From: a virus
Direction: 5' to 3' (one strand)
Virus record (IMG/VR): IMGVR_UViG_3300045258_000084
Span: 1 to 44,352 of that record
DNA: 44,352 nt
Each line of letters starts with the position of its first letter. Position 1 is the stretch's first letter. Below are positions 24,350-32,328 of the stretch, piece after piece. A program made the translations under genes and the position numbers. The notes below the pieces were generated by a model. The model worked only from the letters and a program-made list of their open reading frames with translations, did no database searches and was not told where the DNA came from.

Positions 24350-24492
24350 TATTTAATCCATTCCCCATTAACTAGTCCATAAGTTAAACATAAATGATAA
24401 TTAGTATAGATTCCATACCAAAATGTAATTTTAAAATCTACTCTTTTCAAACCACCATGTTGAGGTAAGAATAATACATAATTATTAGTCAT
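24349..24492 (-). CDS. Small hypothetical protein (47 aa, hand-called)
   Basis: The ATG at 24492 is preceded by GAGGTAATC, and a TAATG overlap joins it to the downstream ATPase gene. Confidence 0.45.
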   Translation of the reverse strand: MTNNYVLFLPQHGGLKRVDFKITFWYGIYTNYHLCLTYGLVNGEWIK

Positions 24493-24503
24493 GATTACCT
24501 CTA

Positions 24504-24725
24504 CTAACCAACATAAGGATCGTAATAGCTAATGAAGATCCCGTCATAACAATAATGATGTAATCTCTTGTTGCCTGATTCATCTTTGATGTAATATAGT
24601 AACCGCTTACTATTATCATTAAAGCTGCAAACACGTTTAATATCTGCAAAAAGGTCTTGAGTATCATCCCGACTTTTGATAAATTCCTCATATCTAACTT
24701 TCAAATTTTCAATCAATAGTTTCAT
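24504..24725 (-). CDS. Hypothetical protein
   Basis: 73 aa. The ATG is preceded by GAGGAATAAGT, 2 nt after the upstream stop. A 68-aa alternative-frame ORF (24485..24691) is embedded in it. Confidence 0.5.
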   Translation of the reverse strand: MKLLIENLKVRYEEFIKSRDDTQDLFADIKRVCSFNDNSKRLLYYIKDESGNKRLHHYCYDGIFISYYDPYVG

Positions 24726-24727
24726 AC

Positions 24728-25684
24728 TTATTCCTCACTTGAAATATCCCATTTCCTACCCTTAACAAATAACATTCTTAATTTACTTTCACGCGCCATT
24801 TTATCCTCTCTACAAACTTCATAAAAATCACATAGCCCAAATCGTCCTTCACAATGTGCATAATTGGGAGGGAAATAGCCACTCTCTGCATACATTACTA
24901 ACATCTTCGCCCAATATGGAACTATTTCTGTGGCAAATTCAGTTAGTTGATTCTTAGTGTAATACTTCTTTTCCCTTTTAAACTTATCTTTCGGCGCGTA
25001 TGTCGATTGTAAACCAATTTCATTTATTACTATATAAGGGGAATTCAATAACAAAGTTTGACCCATAAATTGATTATTCAAATCGCTCATAGCATAATTG
25101 AATGACATCATTTTATGGTCAACTGATAAGATTCCATCCTCAGTATCTACAATTAAATCATACTTAGCTTTCCATAAAATTCGAATGTCGTCATCCTCAT
25201 AGATAACTTTACCTTTAACACACTCGACTTCTAAGGGAATCCAACTATCATTTATTGTAAACTCAATATAATCTTGAACAGTTTTAATTACTTCTGCCCA
25301 TCCGATAATTTTTTTATCCCCTGTGGTTTTACTTGCCTTTTGGGATTCTTCAGGAGTATTTTTAACTCCAAGAAACTCACCTTCTGGGTGATTGAATGGA
25401 CATTTTTGAGATACAATACAGAAGGGACATCCCTTAATGAATAATGATGCATGTTTTAAACCTAATTGATTTGCCTCGTCGCGTTTACAACCCTTAGTTA
25501 ATGCTTTATAAAATGCTTCTAAATAGTGATGGGCAATAGAACCGCGCTCAATTCCTGTAGGTTTACCAGTTATTAATTGAAGGTCTAAATTAAACCTAAA
25601 ATCAGACCTACGCGCACACCCCATTAATGATGTTAATAGGGTCGCGTCTATCCCTACATTATGTTTCGGGACAATTACTTCCAC
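24728..25684 (-). CDS. PD-(D/E)xK Cas4/RecB-like exonuclease with C-terminal Cys cluster
   Basis: 318 aa with DLIVDTEDGILSVDHK (D...D/ExK), an N-terminal Cys (MGCARR) and a C-terminal CEGRFGLCDFYEVC, the typical Fe-S ligand arrangement. Confidence 0.65.
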   Translation of the reverse strand: MEVIVPKHNVGIDATLLTSLMGCARRSDFRFNLDLQLITGKPTGIERGSIAHHYLEAFYKALTKGCKRDEANQLGLKHASLFIKGCPFCIVSQKCPFNHPEGEFLGVKNTPEESQKASKTTGDKKIIGWAEVIKTVQDYIEFTINDSWIPLEVECVKGKVIYEDDDIRILWKAKYDLIVDTEDGILSVDHKMMSFNYAMSDLNNQFMGQTLLLNSPYIVINEIGLQSTYAPKDKFKREKKYYTKNQLTEFATEIVPYWAKMLVMYAESGYFPPNYAHCEGRFGLCDFYEVCREDKMARESKLRMLFVKGRKWDISSEE

Positions 25685-25977
25685 TTGAGTGATTCCTTAA
25701 TGATATTAAATTCCTGCTGAGTCATCTTCACAATCTCAATCATCAAATAATCCATACCGGGATTAAATGTCTTAACAAATGTTCTATTTCCCATTTCAAA
25801 TCGCTTCCAATAATCTTTATCTTTACCTAACTTAATTATCCACCCATCCCAACATGGGATGTATCTATCTACCTTAATATTTGTATTAACTGGACTAAGG
25901 GGTTTTCTCCGTATAGATTTTATCGAGGATTTCCTCTTGTCTCTCACTGATTCTACCTGACCTTTTAATTTGTTCAT
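25675..25977 (-). CDS. Hypothetical protein
   Basis: 100-aa ORF. Its first 83 nt overlap the upstream gene, so the true start is uncertain. Confidence 0.4.
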   Translation of the reverse strand: MNKLKGQVESVRDKRKSSIKSIRRKPLSPVNTNIKVDRYIPCWDGWIIKLGKDKDYWKRFEMGNRTFVKTFNPGMDYLMIEIVKMTQQEFNIIKESLKWK

Positions 25978-26077
25978 TTAAAGACTCCACGAAATCTTCT
26001 TCCCATGAAGTTAAATCTTGACCTTCAGTTTGGATAAGATGAATCCAATCTTTAATTACTTTAATTGGCTGTTGCAT
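25895..26077 (-). CDS. Small hypothetical protein
   Basis: 60 aa: LTSWEEDFVESLNEQIKRSGRISERQEEILDKIY. Confidence 0.5.
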   Translation of the reverse strand: MQQPIKVIKDWIHLIQTEGQDLTSWEEDFVESLNEQIKRSGRISERQEEILDKIYTEKTP

Positions 26078-26155
26078 ATCTCATCACCAATTCTGCAACG
26101 ATTCTCATCACAAGTAACATCCAAGTTGCAATTACTAAAACCCAAAATTGGAATT

Positions 26156-26413
26156 TCATAGCTTAACTCCAAAATCCTTAGCCATTTCTTTTACAGCTAA
26201 TTCAAATGCATCTGTTGAGGCGCGAAATAATTCAAAAGTTTTTTCATAACCTAATCTTTCAGAAGCTTGTAACATTTGGTCAAATAGGGAGGCTATTAAA
26301 AACTCTATTGCTATTTTATAAATAGGTTTCATTGGTTGATTTTCCAATCCAACCATTACCCTATCTACAGTAGCATCCAACATCATATTAAATTTCTGTT
26401 GGTCAAATTTCAT
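26156..26413 (-). CDS. Hypothetical helical protein
   Basis: 85-aa ORF starting 1 nt after the upstream stop. Confidence 0.5.
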   Translation of the reverse strand: MKFDQQKFNMMLDATVDRVMVGLENQPMKPIYKIAIEFLIASLFDQMLQASERLGYEKTFELFRASTDAFELAVKEMAKDFGVKL

Positions 26414-26414
26414 G

Positions 26415-26834
26415 TTAATATATCCTGGTTAACATTGAGGTGAATTCACTCATTCCTTCAACTAAATCATGTTTTTCAAATGAAATAAAATATTGACCAT
26501 GATAAATAGTGAAATTATGCGCGCCTAAACTCACTTCATTAGCATGAAAATCCCCGTGAATGTTAGTATTTCCAAGATACTTACCATCCATCGATATTTC
26601 GGCTTGATTAATAGATTGTCCATTAGCGCCATTGATAACATGAATATCAATATTAATTGTCCGAGTAATATCAGAAGGAATGGTTGGTGTGTCATTAATA
26701 GTTCCAATCTTGGTTGTGATAGTTGGTAATGGATTGTATGGTTCTACATATGTCTTATCTAATGCAGATGGGGAATTAATCTGAGCACATGCTATAGTTA
26801 AAATAGATAACCCAATTGGAAAATATAATTTCAT
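26415..26834 (-). CDS. Lipoprotein with carboxypeptidase-regulatory-like beta-sandwich
   Basis: MKLYFPIGLSILTIAC gives a signal peptide plus lipobox. IHVINGANGQSINQAEISMDGKYLGNTNIHGDFHANEVSLGAHNFTIYHGQY fits the CarboxypepD_reg-like pattern. Confidence 0.55.
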   Translation of the reverse strand: MKLYFPIGLSILTIACAQINSPSALDKTYVEPYNPLPTITTKIGTINDTPTIPSDITRTINIDIHVINGANGQSINQAEISMDGKYLGNTNIHGDFHANEVSLGAHNFTIYHGQYFISFEKHDLVEGMSEFTSMLTRIY

Positions 26835-26962
26835 GATTTACTCCTATTTGGTCTATTACCCGAACCTGGAACAATTTTATTCATGCAGATTCGGCAGATA
26901 TTACGTTTCTTAGAACTGGCGCGCTTAATTTGTTTACATTCTTTGCATGTGTATCGAATCAT
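26831..26962 (-). CDS. Small zinc-ribbon protein (43 aa, hand-called)
   Basis: MIRYTCKECKQIKRASSKKRNICRICMNK... has an AAGGAG SD upstream and an ATGA overlap downstream. Confidence 0.5.
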   Translation of the reverse strand: MIRYTCKECKQIKRASSKKRNICRICMNKIVPGSGNRPNRSKS

Positions 26963-26975
26963 TGTTTCAATCTCC

Positions 26976-27206
26976 TTAATCCACACTAATTAAATAATAA
27001 TTATGACCTTTACTAAGTTCGAGTAATTTAGGGTCTGCTTTTAGAGCTCGTAAAGATTTACCATCTTCTAATCCTTCAAACCATTCTTCCCATGTAGTTT
27101 CTCTAAGAATTACATAGGGTTGGTCAGGATTAGGATTAGTATCTTTATCTTTTAATCCTGTATACCGCGCGCCAATTTCCAATTTTTTATAAGAACCTAT
27201 AACCAT
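26976..27206 (-). CDS. Hypothetical protein
   Basis: 76-aa ORF in operon orientation. Confidence 0.5.
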   Translation of the reverse strand: MVIGSYKKLEIGARYTGLKDKDTNPNPDQPYVILRETTWEEWFEGLEDGKSLRALKADPKLLELSKGHNYYLISVD

Positions 27207-27219
27207 AGTATCATACCTC

Positions 27220-27405
27220 TCAAAATGGAATCAAATCATCCAACTTAACTTCCCTACTACAATGTAAGCATTTGTATATGGGGATGCTTTCCTTACTTCT
27301 ACCATTATCAAGAATAGATTCAAATCGCTTAAAATCATTACTATAAATAGGTTTACCACAATCCTCGTGATAACCAATTAATAGATGTTCGTGATTTTGA
27401 ATCAT
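27220..27405 (-). CDS. Small Cys-containing protein
   Basis: 61 aa: HEDCGKPIY...YKCLHCSREV. Confidence 0.45.
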   Translation of the reverse strand: MIQNHEHLLIGYHEDCGKPIYSNDFKRFESILDNGRSKESIPIYKCLHCSREVKLDDLIPF

Positions 27406-27406
27406 A

Positions 27407-29569
27407 TTATTTCCCCTTCGTCCTAACCACTCTTAACTTCTTATTCTTCTGATAATCTTCTACTAAAGCTAAAGCTAATTCCTGCATTAATGAGTCAGCT
27501 TCCCAGCTCATTTCATGTTCTGCTTCAGTTTTCTTACAAATCTTACATATATTTTTAACTTGCGACGATTCTATGAAATCATGATTCATAACCGCATTAA
27601 AATTTATTCTCTTACGTTCAACTAACCTATCCAAATGCTCATCTGTAGTTCCTTTAGCATGTGGATATTGTGATTTTATCTTTTTAAGCTGACCAATTCT
27701 TCTACAACGACCTTCAAATTGTTCTTCATTACCTGGATTCCATTGTCTTTCATGGTTATAAACATAATCGCATGTTTGAAGATTTAAACCTTCACCGGCT
27801 GCAAGGGTTGAGGCAATACAAATTGCTCTCTCATTACGATTAAATATATCTTGAGCTTTATTTCTAGCCGCGCCATCCATATCACTTGTAATGTTAACAA
27901 TGGGTATTTTAGGGTGATTTTTTCTACAATACTCTTTAAGTTGATTTGTTAACATAAGACCAACATCTTGATGGTGAACTCCAATTAAAATCTTACCATC
28001 AGTTTCATCAAGATAATCTTGAACATGGTCCATTGTAAATGGAACTTTTGCTAAACCTACTATATGACGCATTCGCGCAAGTTTTGCAATAATCTCTTGA
28101 CTATTAGCCTGCTTACCTTCAAGAGTTAATGCTATGAACCACTCCGCGAATTGGTCCATTTCATTTGCATAAGCTTCTTCTTCAATCTCAGGAATTTCAC
28201 ATACCATTCTAGTTCTAGTAATGGGAGGAAATTCTGGCATAACTTCTTCAGGTTCTCTACGTATGCATAAATCCTTTACATATTCCTTGAAATCTTTTGG
28301 ATACTTAATTCCGCCTTCTTTATACTTTCCACTATTCGAATCGAGATAATAATCCACCCATTGATTAACAAAATATTGGAAAGATGGAAATTTATCGGGC
28401 GCGATTAGGTTAAACATTGTGAAAAGTTCTGAACCCCTATTTTTCCAAGGGGTTCCACTTAGGGGTAATACCTTTACTCCCTTTAACTTAAATACAAGGT
28501 CAGTTACCTCTTGGGCGCGCTTAGAATCTTTATTCTTAATTTGCTGAACTTCATCCAATACTACCATTTTGATACCAAGTTTAACAAACTTATCAGTATC
28601 AAATGTTCTGAGAGTGTCATAACTTATGATATAGTTTTTGAACCCCGGTAAAACTCCATCCTTACCACTCAATATCATAAGTGGGCAGTAACTATTACCC
28701 AATATTCGAAGCATCTCGCCCAAGAATTGATATTTCAATCCACTCTTTACAATCCACAAAACTGGCAAACTTTCAGGCGGGAGAAACTTAACTATACCCA
28801 TTGCTTGGATAGTTTTGCCTAATCCCATGTAATCTAAAATCGCGAAACCATTTCTTATTGAAAATGCTTTCCACGCCGCTTCCATTCCTTGAACTTGAAA
28901 TGGATATGGGCGTTTAGCATTGCATTTTGAGCAAACAGTTTTATGTGTTGCTTTAACTGGTAATGTCCATGCGTGTTTGCATGTATCCAGTCCATCAAAT
29001 ACTATACTTGAGAAATCGGGAGGGCGCGGAATATCTTTAATAATGAAATGACCGCAAGTATATTTAATTAATTTCTTACCTTCAACTTCTTTTTCAAACT
29101 TAACTATGGCTATATTCTCTTTACCTTCTTTTAAGCATACCGGGCAAAGATTAGTTATAGCTTTAATTCGATGTTCCACTTTTTTAATGGTTTCTTCATG
29201 AACTATTGTTTCAATTTCCTGACCATTGGCTATCGCCGCGATTATATTTGGAGGTAATGATAATCCGCATTTTTCAGTATTATCGCAACCTATTTCACGT
29301 GCTTTAGCTTGCCAAATAGAATCATGTTTATGATTAGGGGTTAATGCATGAGCTATTTCATGTTTAATTGTATTGATTACTTCAGTATCGGGATGGATAC
29401 CTATTGAATATGCGTTTAAGAATATAGTTTTTAAACTATAATCACATAAGCCTAAAAAATTCTCATTTGAGATTAATTTAACTTTCCAATCATTTAAATT
29501 ATATTTGGAAAGTAATTCTTTAGTTATGGATATAGCTTGACTTGTATCGAGTTTATTTGCTATGTTCAT
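27407..29569 (-). CDS. SprT-like zinc-metalloprotease domain fused to SNF2-family ATPase/helicase
   Basis: 720 aa. The N-terminus has TIKHEIAHAL (HExxH) plus WQAKAREIGC, followed by Cys-rich linkers. SNF2 motif I is LDYMGLGKTIQA, motif II is VVLDEVQQIKN and motif VI is QFEGRCRRIGQ. Confidence 0.75.
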   Translation of the reverse strand: MNIANKLDTSQAISITKELLSKYNLNDWKVKLISNENFLGLCDYSLKTIFLNAYSIGIHPDTEVINTIKHEIAHALTPNHKHDSIWQAKAREIGCDNTEKCGLSLPPNIIAAIANGQEIETIVHEETIKKVEHRIKAITNLCPVCLKEGKENIAIVKFEKEVEGKKLIKYTCGHFIIKDIPRPPDFSSIVFDGLDTCKHAWTLPVKATHKTVCSKCNAKRPYPFQVQGMEAAWKAFSIRNGFAILDYMGLGKTIQAMGIVKFLPPESLPVLWIVKSGLKYQFLGEMLRILGNSYCPLMILSGKDGVLPGFKNYIISYDTLRTFDTDKFVKLGIKMVVLDEVQQIKNKDSKRAQEVTDLVFKLKGVKVLPLSGTPWKNRGSELFTMFNLIAPDKFPSFQYFVNQWVDYYLDSNSGKYKEGGIKYPKDFKEYVKDLCIRREPEEVMPEFPPITRTRMVCEIPEIEEEAYANEMDQFAEWFIALTLEGKQANSQEIIAKLARMRHIVGLAKVPFTMDHVQDYLDETDGKILIGVHHQDVGLMLTNQLKEYCRKNHPKIPIVNITSDMDGAARNKAQDIFNRNERAICIASTLAAGEGLNLQTCDYVYNHERQWNPGNEEQFEGRCRRIGQLKKIKSQYPHAKGTTDEHLDRLVERKRINFNAVMNHDFIESSQVKNICKICKKTEAEHEMSWEADSLMQELALALVEDYQKNKKLRVVRTKGK

Positions 29570-29601
29570 AATGTTATATCAATCAAATAAATTACTTATA
29601 T

Positions 29602-29641
29602 CTGCTCATATTCCCGATTATGATATATTAAATATGAGCAG
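29602..29641 (-). terminator. Perfect 11-bp inverted repeat (hairpin) upstream of the SNF2 gene
   Basis: CTGCTCATATT-18 nt-AATATGAGCAG lies between the 29649 stop and the 29569 start, with an A/U-rich tail downstream. Confidence 0.4.
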
Positions 29642-29648
29642 TTATAAA

Positions 29649-29831
29649 TTATTTATTCTTTAGTAAATGAGAATTTTCGCGTTGAAATATTAATTGGTTC
29701 ATAATGTCTATCTTAGCTTGCGCGGATTCAATTACTTCTTCGAAATGATTAATTTCTTTTTTTAGCTTTTCAGAAGTTTCTTTATCATAAAGCTTAGTTA
29801 GGTTTTCAATATATTCATTTCTGAATATCAC
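29649..29831 (-). CDS. Small coiled-coil protein
   Basis: 60-aa ORF with a charged heptad-like sequence. Confidence 0.45.
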   Translation of the reverse strand: MIFRNEYIENLTKLYDKETSEKLKKEINHFEEVIESAQAKIDIMNQLIFQRENSHLLKNK

Positions 29832-29857
29832 TTAGTTACCCTCGCTATGCTCGGCGA

Positions 29858-30586
29858 TTATATATTCTTACCTGTAATTCTTCGCCTCGCCTCTTTTTCA
29901 TCAATCTTAAGCAATTTAGCCAAATCCTTAATTGCCTTTTCTTCTTTAGATAATCTCGGCGCGGCTAACTTCATATCTTTTACAGGTTTAGTTAATACTG
30001 GATTATAATTAATATTAGTTAGCTTTAACCTTTCTCTAACCTCTAATCTAAGATGTTGCGCGAAATCATTCATGAATGTGATATTAGCCCTAATCTTATT
30101 ACTAATCTCCGATTCCTTCTCTTGAGTTTCCCATAATACTTTCTTCATATGGTTAAGACGTTCAACCATTCTCTCCGCGATTATATCATTCTTTTTACTA
30201 TCTTCAATCGTGATATCATTCGTAACTTCAAGTTTCAATTCATTAATAGATTGAATTTCCGCGTTGAAATATTGCTGCCTACACTCAATTACATCTTGCA
30301 TCATTCGAATGTTATGTAATTCCATTCTAGTTTCGCCTAGAATTTTAACATCTTCTTCACTAACTTTAACCGCGACAGATTGTTCTAAGTCAATACATTT
30401 TTGACATAGTAACATTTTCGCGGCTATCTTTAATTTACTTAAATCACTAATATGTGGATAGAATTCGCATGTGGTAGTTGAACCACAACTTTCACAATTT
30501 GCTTCATTTGTATGGGATATCTTATCATATCCACATAACTTGCAGATATTAACATCTGCCCAACTTATGGAAAATGCGTGGTTCAT
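29858..30586 (-). CDS. Zinc-ribbon plus coiled-coil early protein
   Basis: 242 aa with N-terminal CKLC...CESC...CQKC and a long helical remainder. Confidence 0.5.
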   Translation of the reverse strand: MNHAFSISWADVNICKLCGYDKISHTNEANCESCGSTTTCEFYPHISDLSKLKIAAKMLLCQKCIDLEQSVAVKVSEEDVKILGETRMELHNIRMMQDVIECRQQYFNAEIQSINELKLEVTNDITIEDSKKNDIIAERMVERLNHMKKVLWETQEKESEISNKIRANITFMNDFAQHLRLEVRERLKLTNINYNPVLTKPVKDMKLAAPRLSKEEKAIKDLAKLLKIDEKEARRRITGKNI

Positions 30587-30587
30587 T

Positions 30588-30716
30588 TTAGTTATTCAAA
30601 TGTGAAAGGTTTGAAATTTTCCAGATAGTTTTATCTAATTTAGCGGCTTTCTCAGCTTCTTCTAATGTTTTATAGAAGCTAAGACCATTTACTTCACTAC
30701 GAGTTTGAAATTCCAT
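30588..30716 (-). CDS. Small hypothetical protein (42 aa, hand-called)
   Basis: The ATG at 30716 is preceded by TTGAGGTTTGATACT, and the stop lies 1 nt before the next ATG. Confidence 0.4.
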   Translation of the reverse strand: MEFQTRSEVNGLSFYKTLEEAEKAAKLDKTIWKISNLSHLNN

Positions 30717-30824
30717 AGTATCAAACCTCAATCTTTTATAGATTCCAATTTCCAGCGAATTTTATCTATCCATAAAACCGAACCAAAAAATTGGCTAATT
30801 TTGTAGAGAAGATAACACATAAAA

Positions 30825-31154
30825 TTAATCCTTCAAAACTTCCATTAATTTATGCGCGATATCGTTCTTTTCAGGTTCTGTAGTATTGATATCATTAAAC
30901 TTCTTAGTCAAATCTAAAATCGGGTCAACTGTTGGATGCGCGCAATTAATACAAATGGGTTTATCCATTTCAATATTATTACTATCTAAAACCATTTGAT
31001 TACCACAATTCCAACAGTAACTTGCTTTACCCAATACCATTCCATCTAAATGCTTAGGCATATAGTGTGAACAATTTGGTAATGCGCAGGCCCAAACCAT
31101 TACAGTATTGAGCGATATTTTATGATACTTATGAATATGCTTCTTGCCTGCCAT
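30825..31154 (-). CDS. Zinc-finger early protein
   Basis: 109 aa: CALPNCSH...CWNCGN...CINCAH. Confidence 0.5.
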   Translation of the reverse strand: MAGKKHIHKYHKISLNTVMVWACALPNCSHYMPKHLDGMVLGKASYCWNCGNQMVLDSNNIEMDKPICINCAHPTVDPILDLTKKFNDINTTEPEKNDIAHKLMEVLKD

Positions 31155-31155
31155 G

Positions 31156-31293
31156 TTATTTCCTATTCATTCTCTTGATAAGTAAATTAGTTAACTTATT
31201 TGCTTTAGTATGGGCTATCCACATATTAACACGAGCATTCCATAACCATTTATCATGGAATTTCTTATCTACGCCGCAAGTTTTACATTTCAT
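31156..31293 (-). CDS. Small basic protein with CxxC (45 aa, hand-called)
   Basis: MKCKTCGVDKKFHDKWLW..., translated base by base. The stop lies 1 nt before the next ATG. Confidence 0.4.
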   Translation of the reverse strand: MKCKTCGVDKKFHDKWLWNARVNMWIAHTKANKLTNLLIKRMNRK

Positions 31294-31297
31294 AATT

Positions 31298-31528
31298 CTA
31301 ATTTAAAATTCTATTAACTCTCATTACTTGATACTTCAGTGTTAATGCAAAAATGCAAATCGCGCATAGTCTATAACTAGCTTTATCCTTATAAAATATA
31401 TCAATTGTATTAGATATTGAATATGCAACATCTTCAGGTTCAAATTCCATTATATATTGTGGATATCCAATATGTTCTAAATATTCAAATACTTTATCAC
31501 GATATTGACTTGAACTCAAATGAAACAT
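31298..31528 (-). CDS. Hypothetical early protein
   Basis: 76-aa ORF with a TAAGGAT SD, the first gene downstream of the internal promoter. Confidence 0.5.
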   Translation of the reverse strand: MFHLSSSQYRDKVFEYLEHIGYPQYIMEFEPEDVAYSISNTIDIFYKDKASYRLCAICIFALTLKYQVMRVNRILN

Positions 31529-31563
31529 TATATCAATCCTTAATATTACATTACTTTCAAAAG

Positions 31564-31581
31564 TGTCCTCAATCGGTGACA
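31564..31581. repeat. 18-bp repeat TGTCCTCAATCGGTGACA (copy 1 of 2)
   Basis: 16 of 18 positions match the copy at 31739..31756. It is an imperfect inverted repeat of the form TGTC...GACA. Confidence 0.7.
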
Positions 31582-31610
31582 GGGGGTATGTATCTCTTAC
31601 TCACTCTCTC

Positions 31611-31639
31611 ATTCTATCACACGGGGGGTAACCTGTCAA
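31611..31639 (-). promoter_or_regulatory. Near-consensus sigma70 promoter (TTGACA-17-TAGAAT, with TG extended -10)
   Basis: On the minus strand: cTTGACAggttaccccccgtgtgaTAGAATgagag. Confidence 0.6.
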
Positions 31640-31738
31640 GTGTCCAGAAATGTGGACGGTTCACTTTCGATAGAAATGTATTGAATATATATGAAAAAAA
31701 ATATATAAAACAAAACACTCCACAACCAAAAAATGAAA

Positions 31739-31756
31739 TGTCCTCATCCGGTGACA
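31739..31756. repeat. 18-bp repeat TGTCCTCATCCGGTGACA (copy 2 of 2)
   Basis: A direct repeat of 31564..31581, 175 bp away. Confidence 0.7.
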
Positions 31757-31780
31757 ACCTTGCCCCTAGGCCCCTCGACA

Positions 31781-31815
31781 GAGAGAGATAGAGAGGTAGA
31801 GAGGTATAGAGATAC
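31781..31815. repeat. Degenerate tandem GA-rich repeat (GAGAGGTA-like units)
   Basis: The sequence gagagagata gagaggta gagaggtata gagata is mirrored by a CT-rich tract at 31594..31616. Confidence 0.6.
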
Positions 31816-31890
31816 ACATGAAAGTAATGTATACATATATATCATATTATAAGTTTGATTATCATTTATAACATCATATATAAATACACG

Positions 31891-31939
31891 AATAGGGTAT
31901 AATCTAATCTAGTATACCTAGACTAAACTATACCCTATT
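31891..31939 (-). terminator. 11-bp stem hairpin after the first early gene
   Basis: AATAGGGTATA-27 nt-TATACCCTATT, with a nested TCTAG-gtata-CTAGA hairpin in the loop. It lies 15 nt downstream of the 31954 stop. Confidence 0.4.
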
Positions 31940-31953
31940 TATGTTAAAGGTTA

Positions 31954-32280
31954 TTACAGGCTGGAAAGAATAACCTTAATTTCATCTGCACTCTTACCCA
32001 TAGCCTTAAGAGTTGAAACCAAACGCTTCTGAACCTCTTCAGGACTATTTGGGTCAGGCTTGTAAGCTTCAATATGCTTCTGATATGCCGAAGCCTTTTT
32101 ATTAAGCCTTTCCTTTTCATTTGCAAGCTTCATGAAGTTATAGCCTGCATTAGAAGCTTCTTCAGGGGATTCAAATTCACTATACTCATAAGTGAATTCC
32201 TGCTTATCCGCGGGGATATCCTGTCCGTAAGCACTTTCCGCTTTAGACTTGCCTGTGAGGTTTTTCATTTCTGACTCCAT
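31954..32280 (-). CDS. First early gene: acidic hypothetical protein
   Basis: 108-aa ORF. The better start is probably the Met at 32268 (GGAGTCAGAA ATG). The protein has acidic/aromatic stretches (EFTYEYSEFESPEE). Confidence 0.55.
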   Translation of the reverse strand: MESEMKNLTGKSKAESAYGQDIPADKQEFTYEYSEFESPEEASNAGYNFMKLANEKERLNKKASAYQKHIEAYKPDPNSPEEVQKRLVSTLKAMGKSADEIKVILSSL

Positions 32281-32328
32281 CTAACTTAGGTCGGCGGGTT
32301 AATTCCCGCTCTTGACCATCTACAAGAG

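Noticed and set aside
24485-24691. 68-aa alternative-frame ORF with two hydrophobic segments embedded in gene 24504..24725
   Set aside because: It has no SD at either candidate start, whereas the 73-aa frame has GAGGAA at ideal spacing and a tight junction. Hydrophobic strings arise easily from T-rich frames. True dual coding is not excluded but is unsupported.
31781-31815. The GA-rich tandem repeat as a CRISPR array or minisatellite
   Set aside because: The units are only about 8 nt, contiguous and degenerate, with no spacer-repeat architecture and no cas genes.
31417-31817. ORFs 31417..31791 (+, 124 aa) and 31617..31817 (-, 66 aa) spanning the non-coding island
   Set aside because: They run through promoter, repeat and GA/CT tracts, lack ribosome-binding sites and have odd composition. 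The region is better explained as regulatory DNA.
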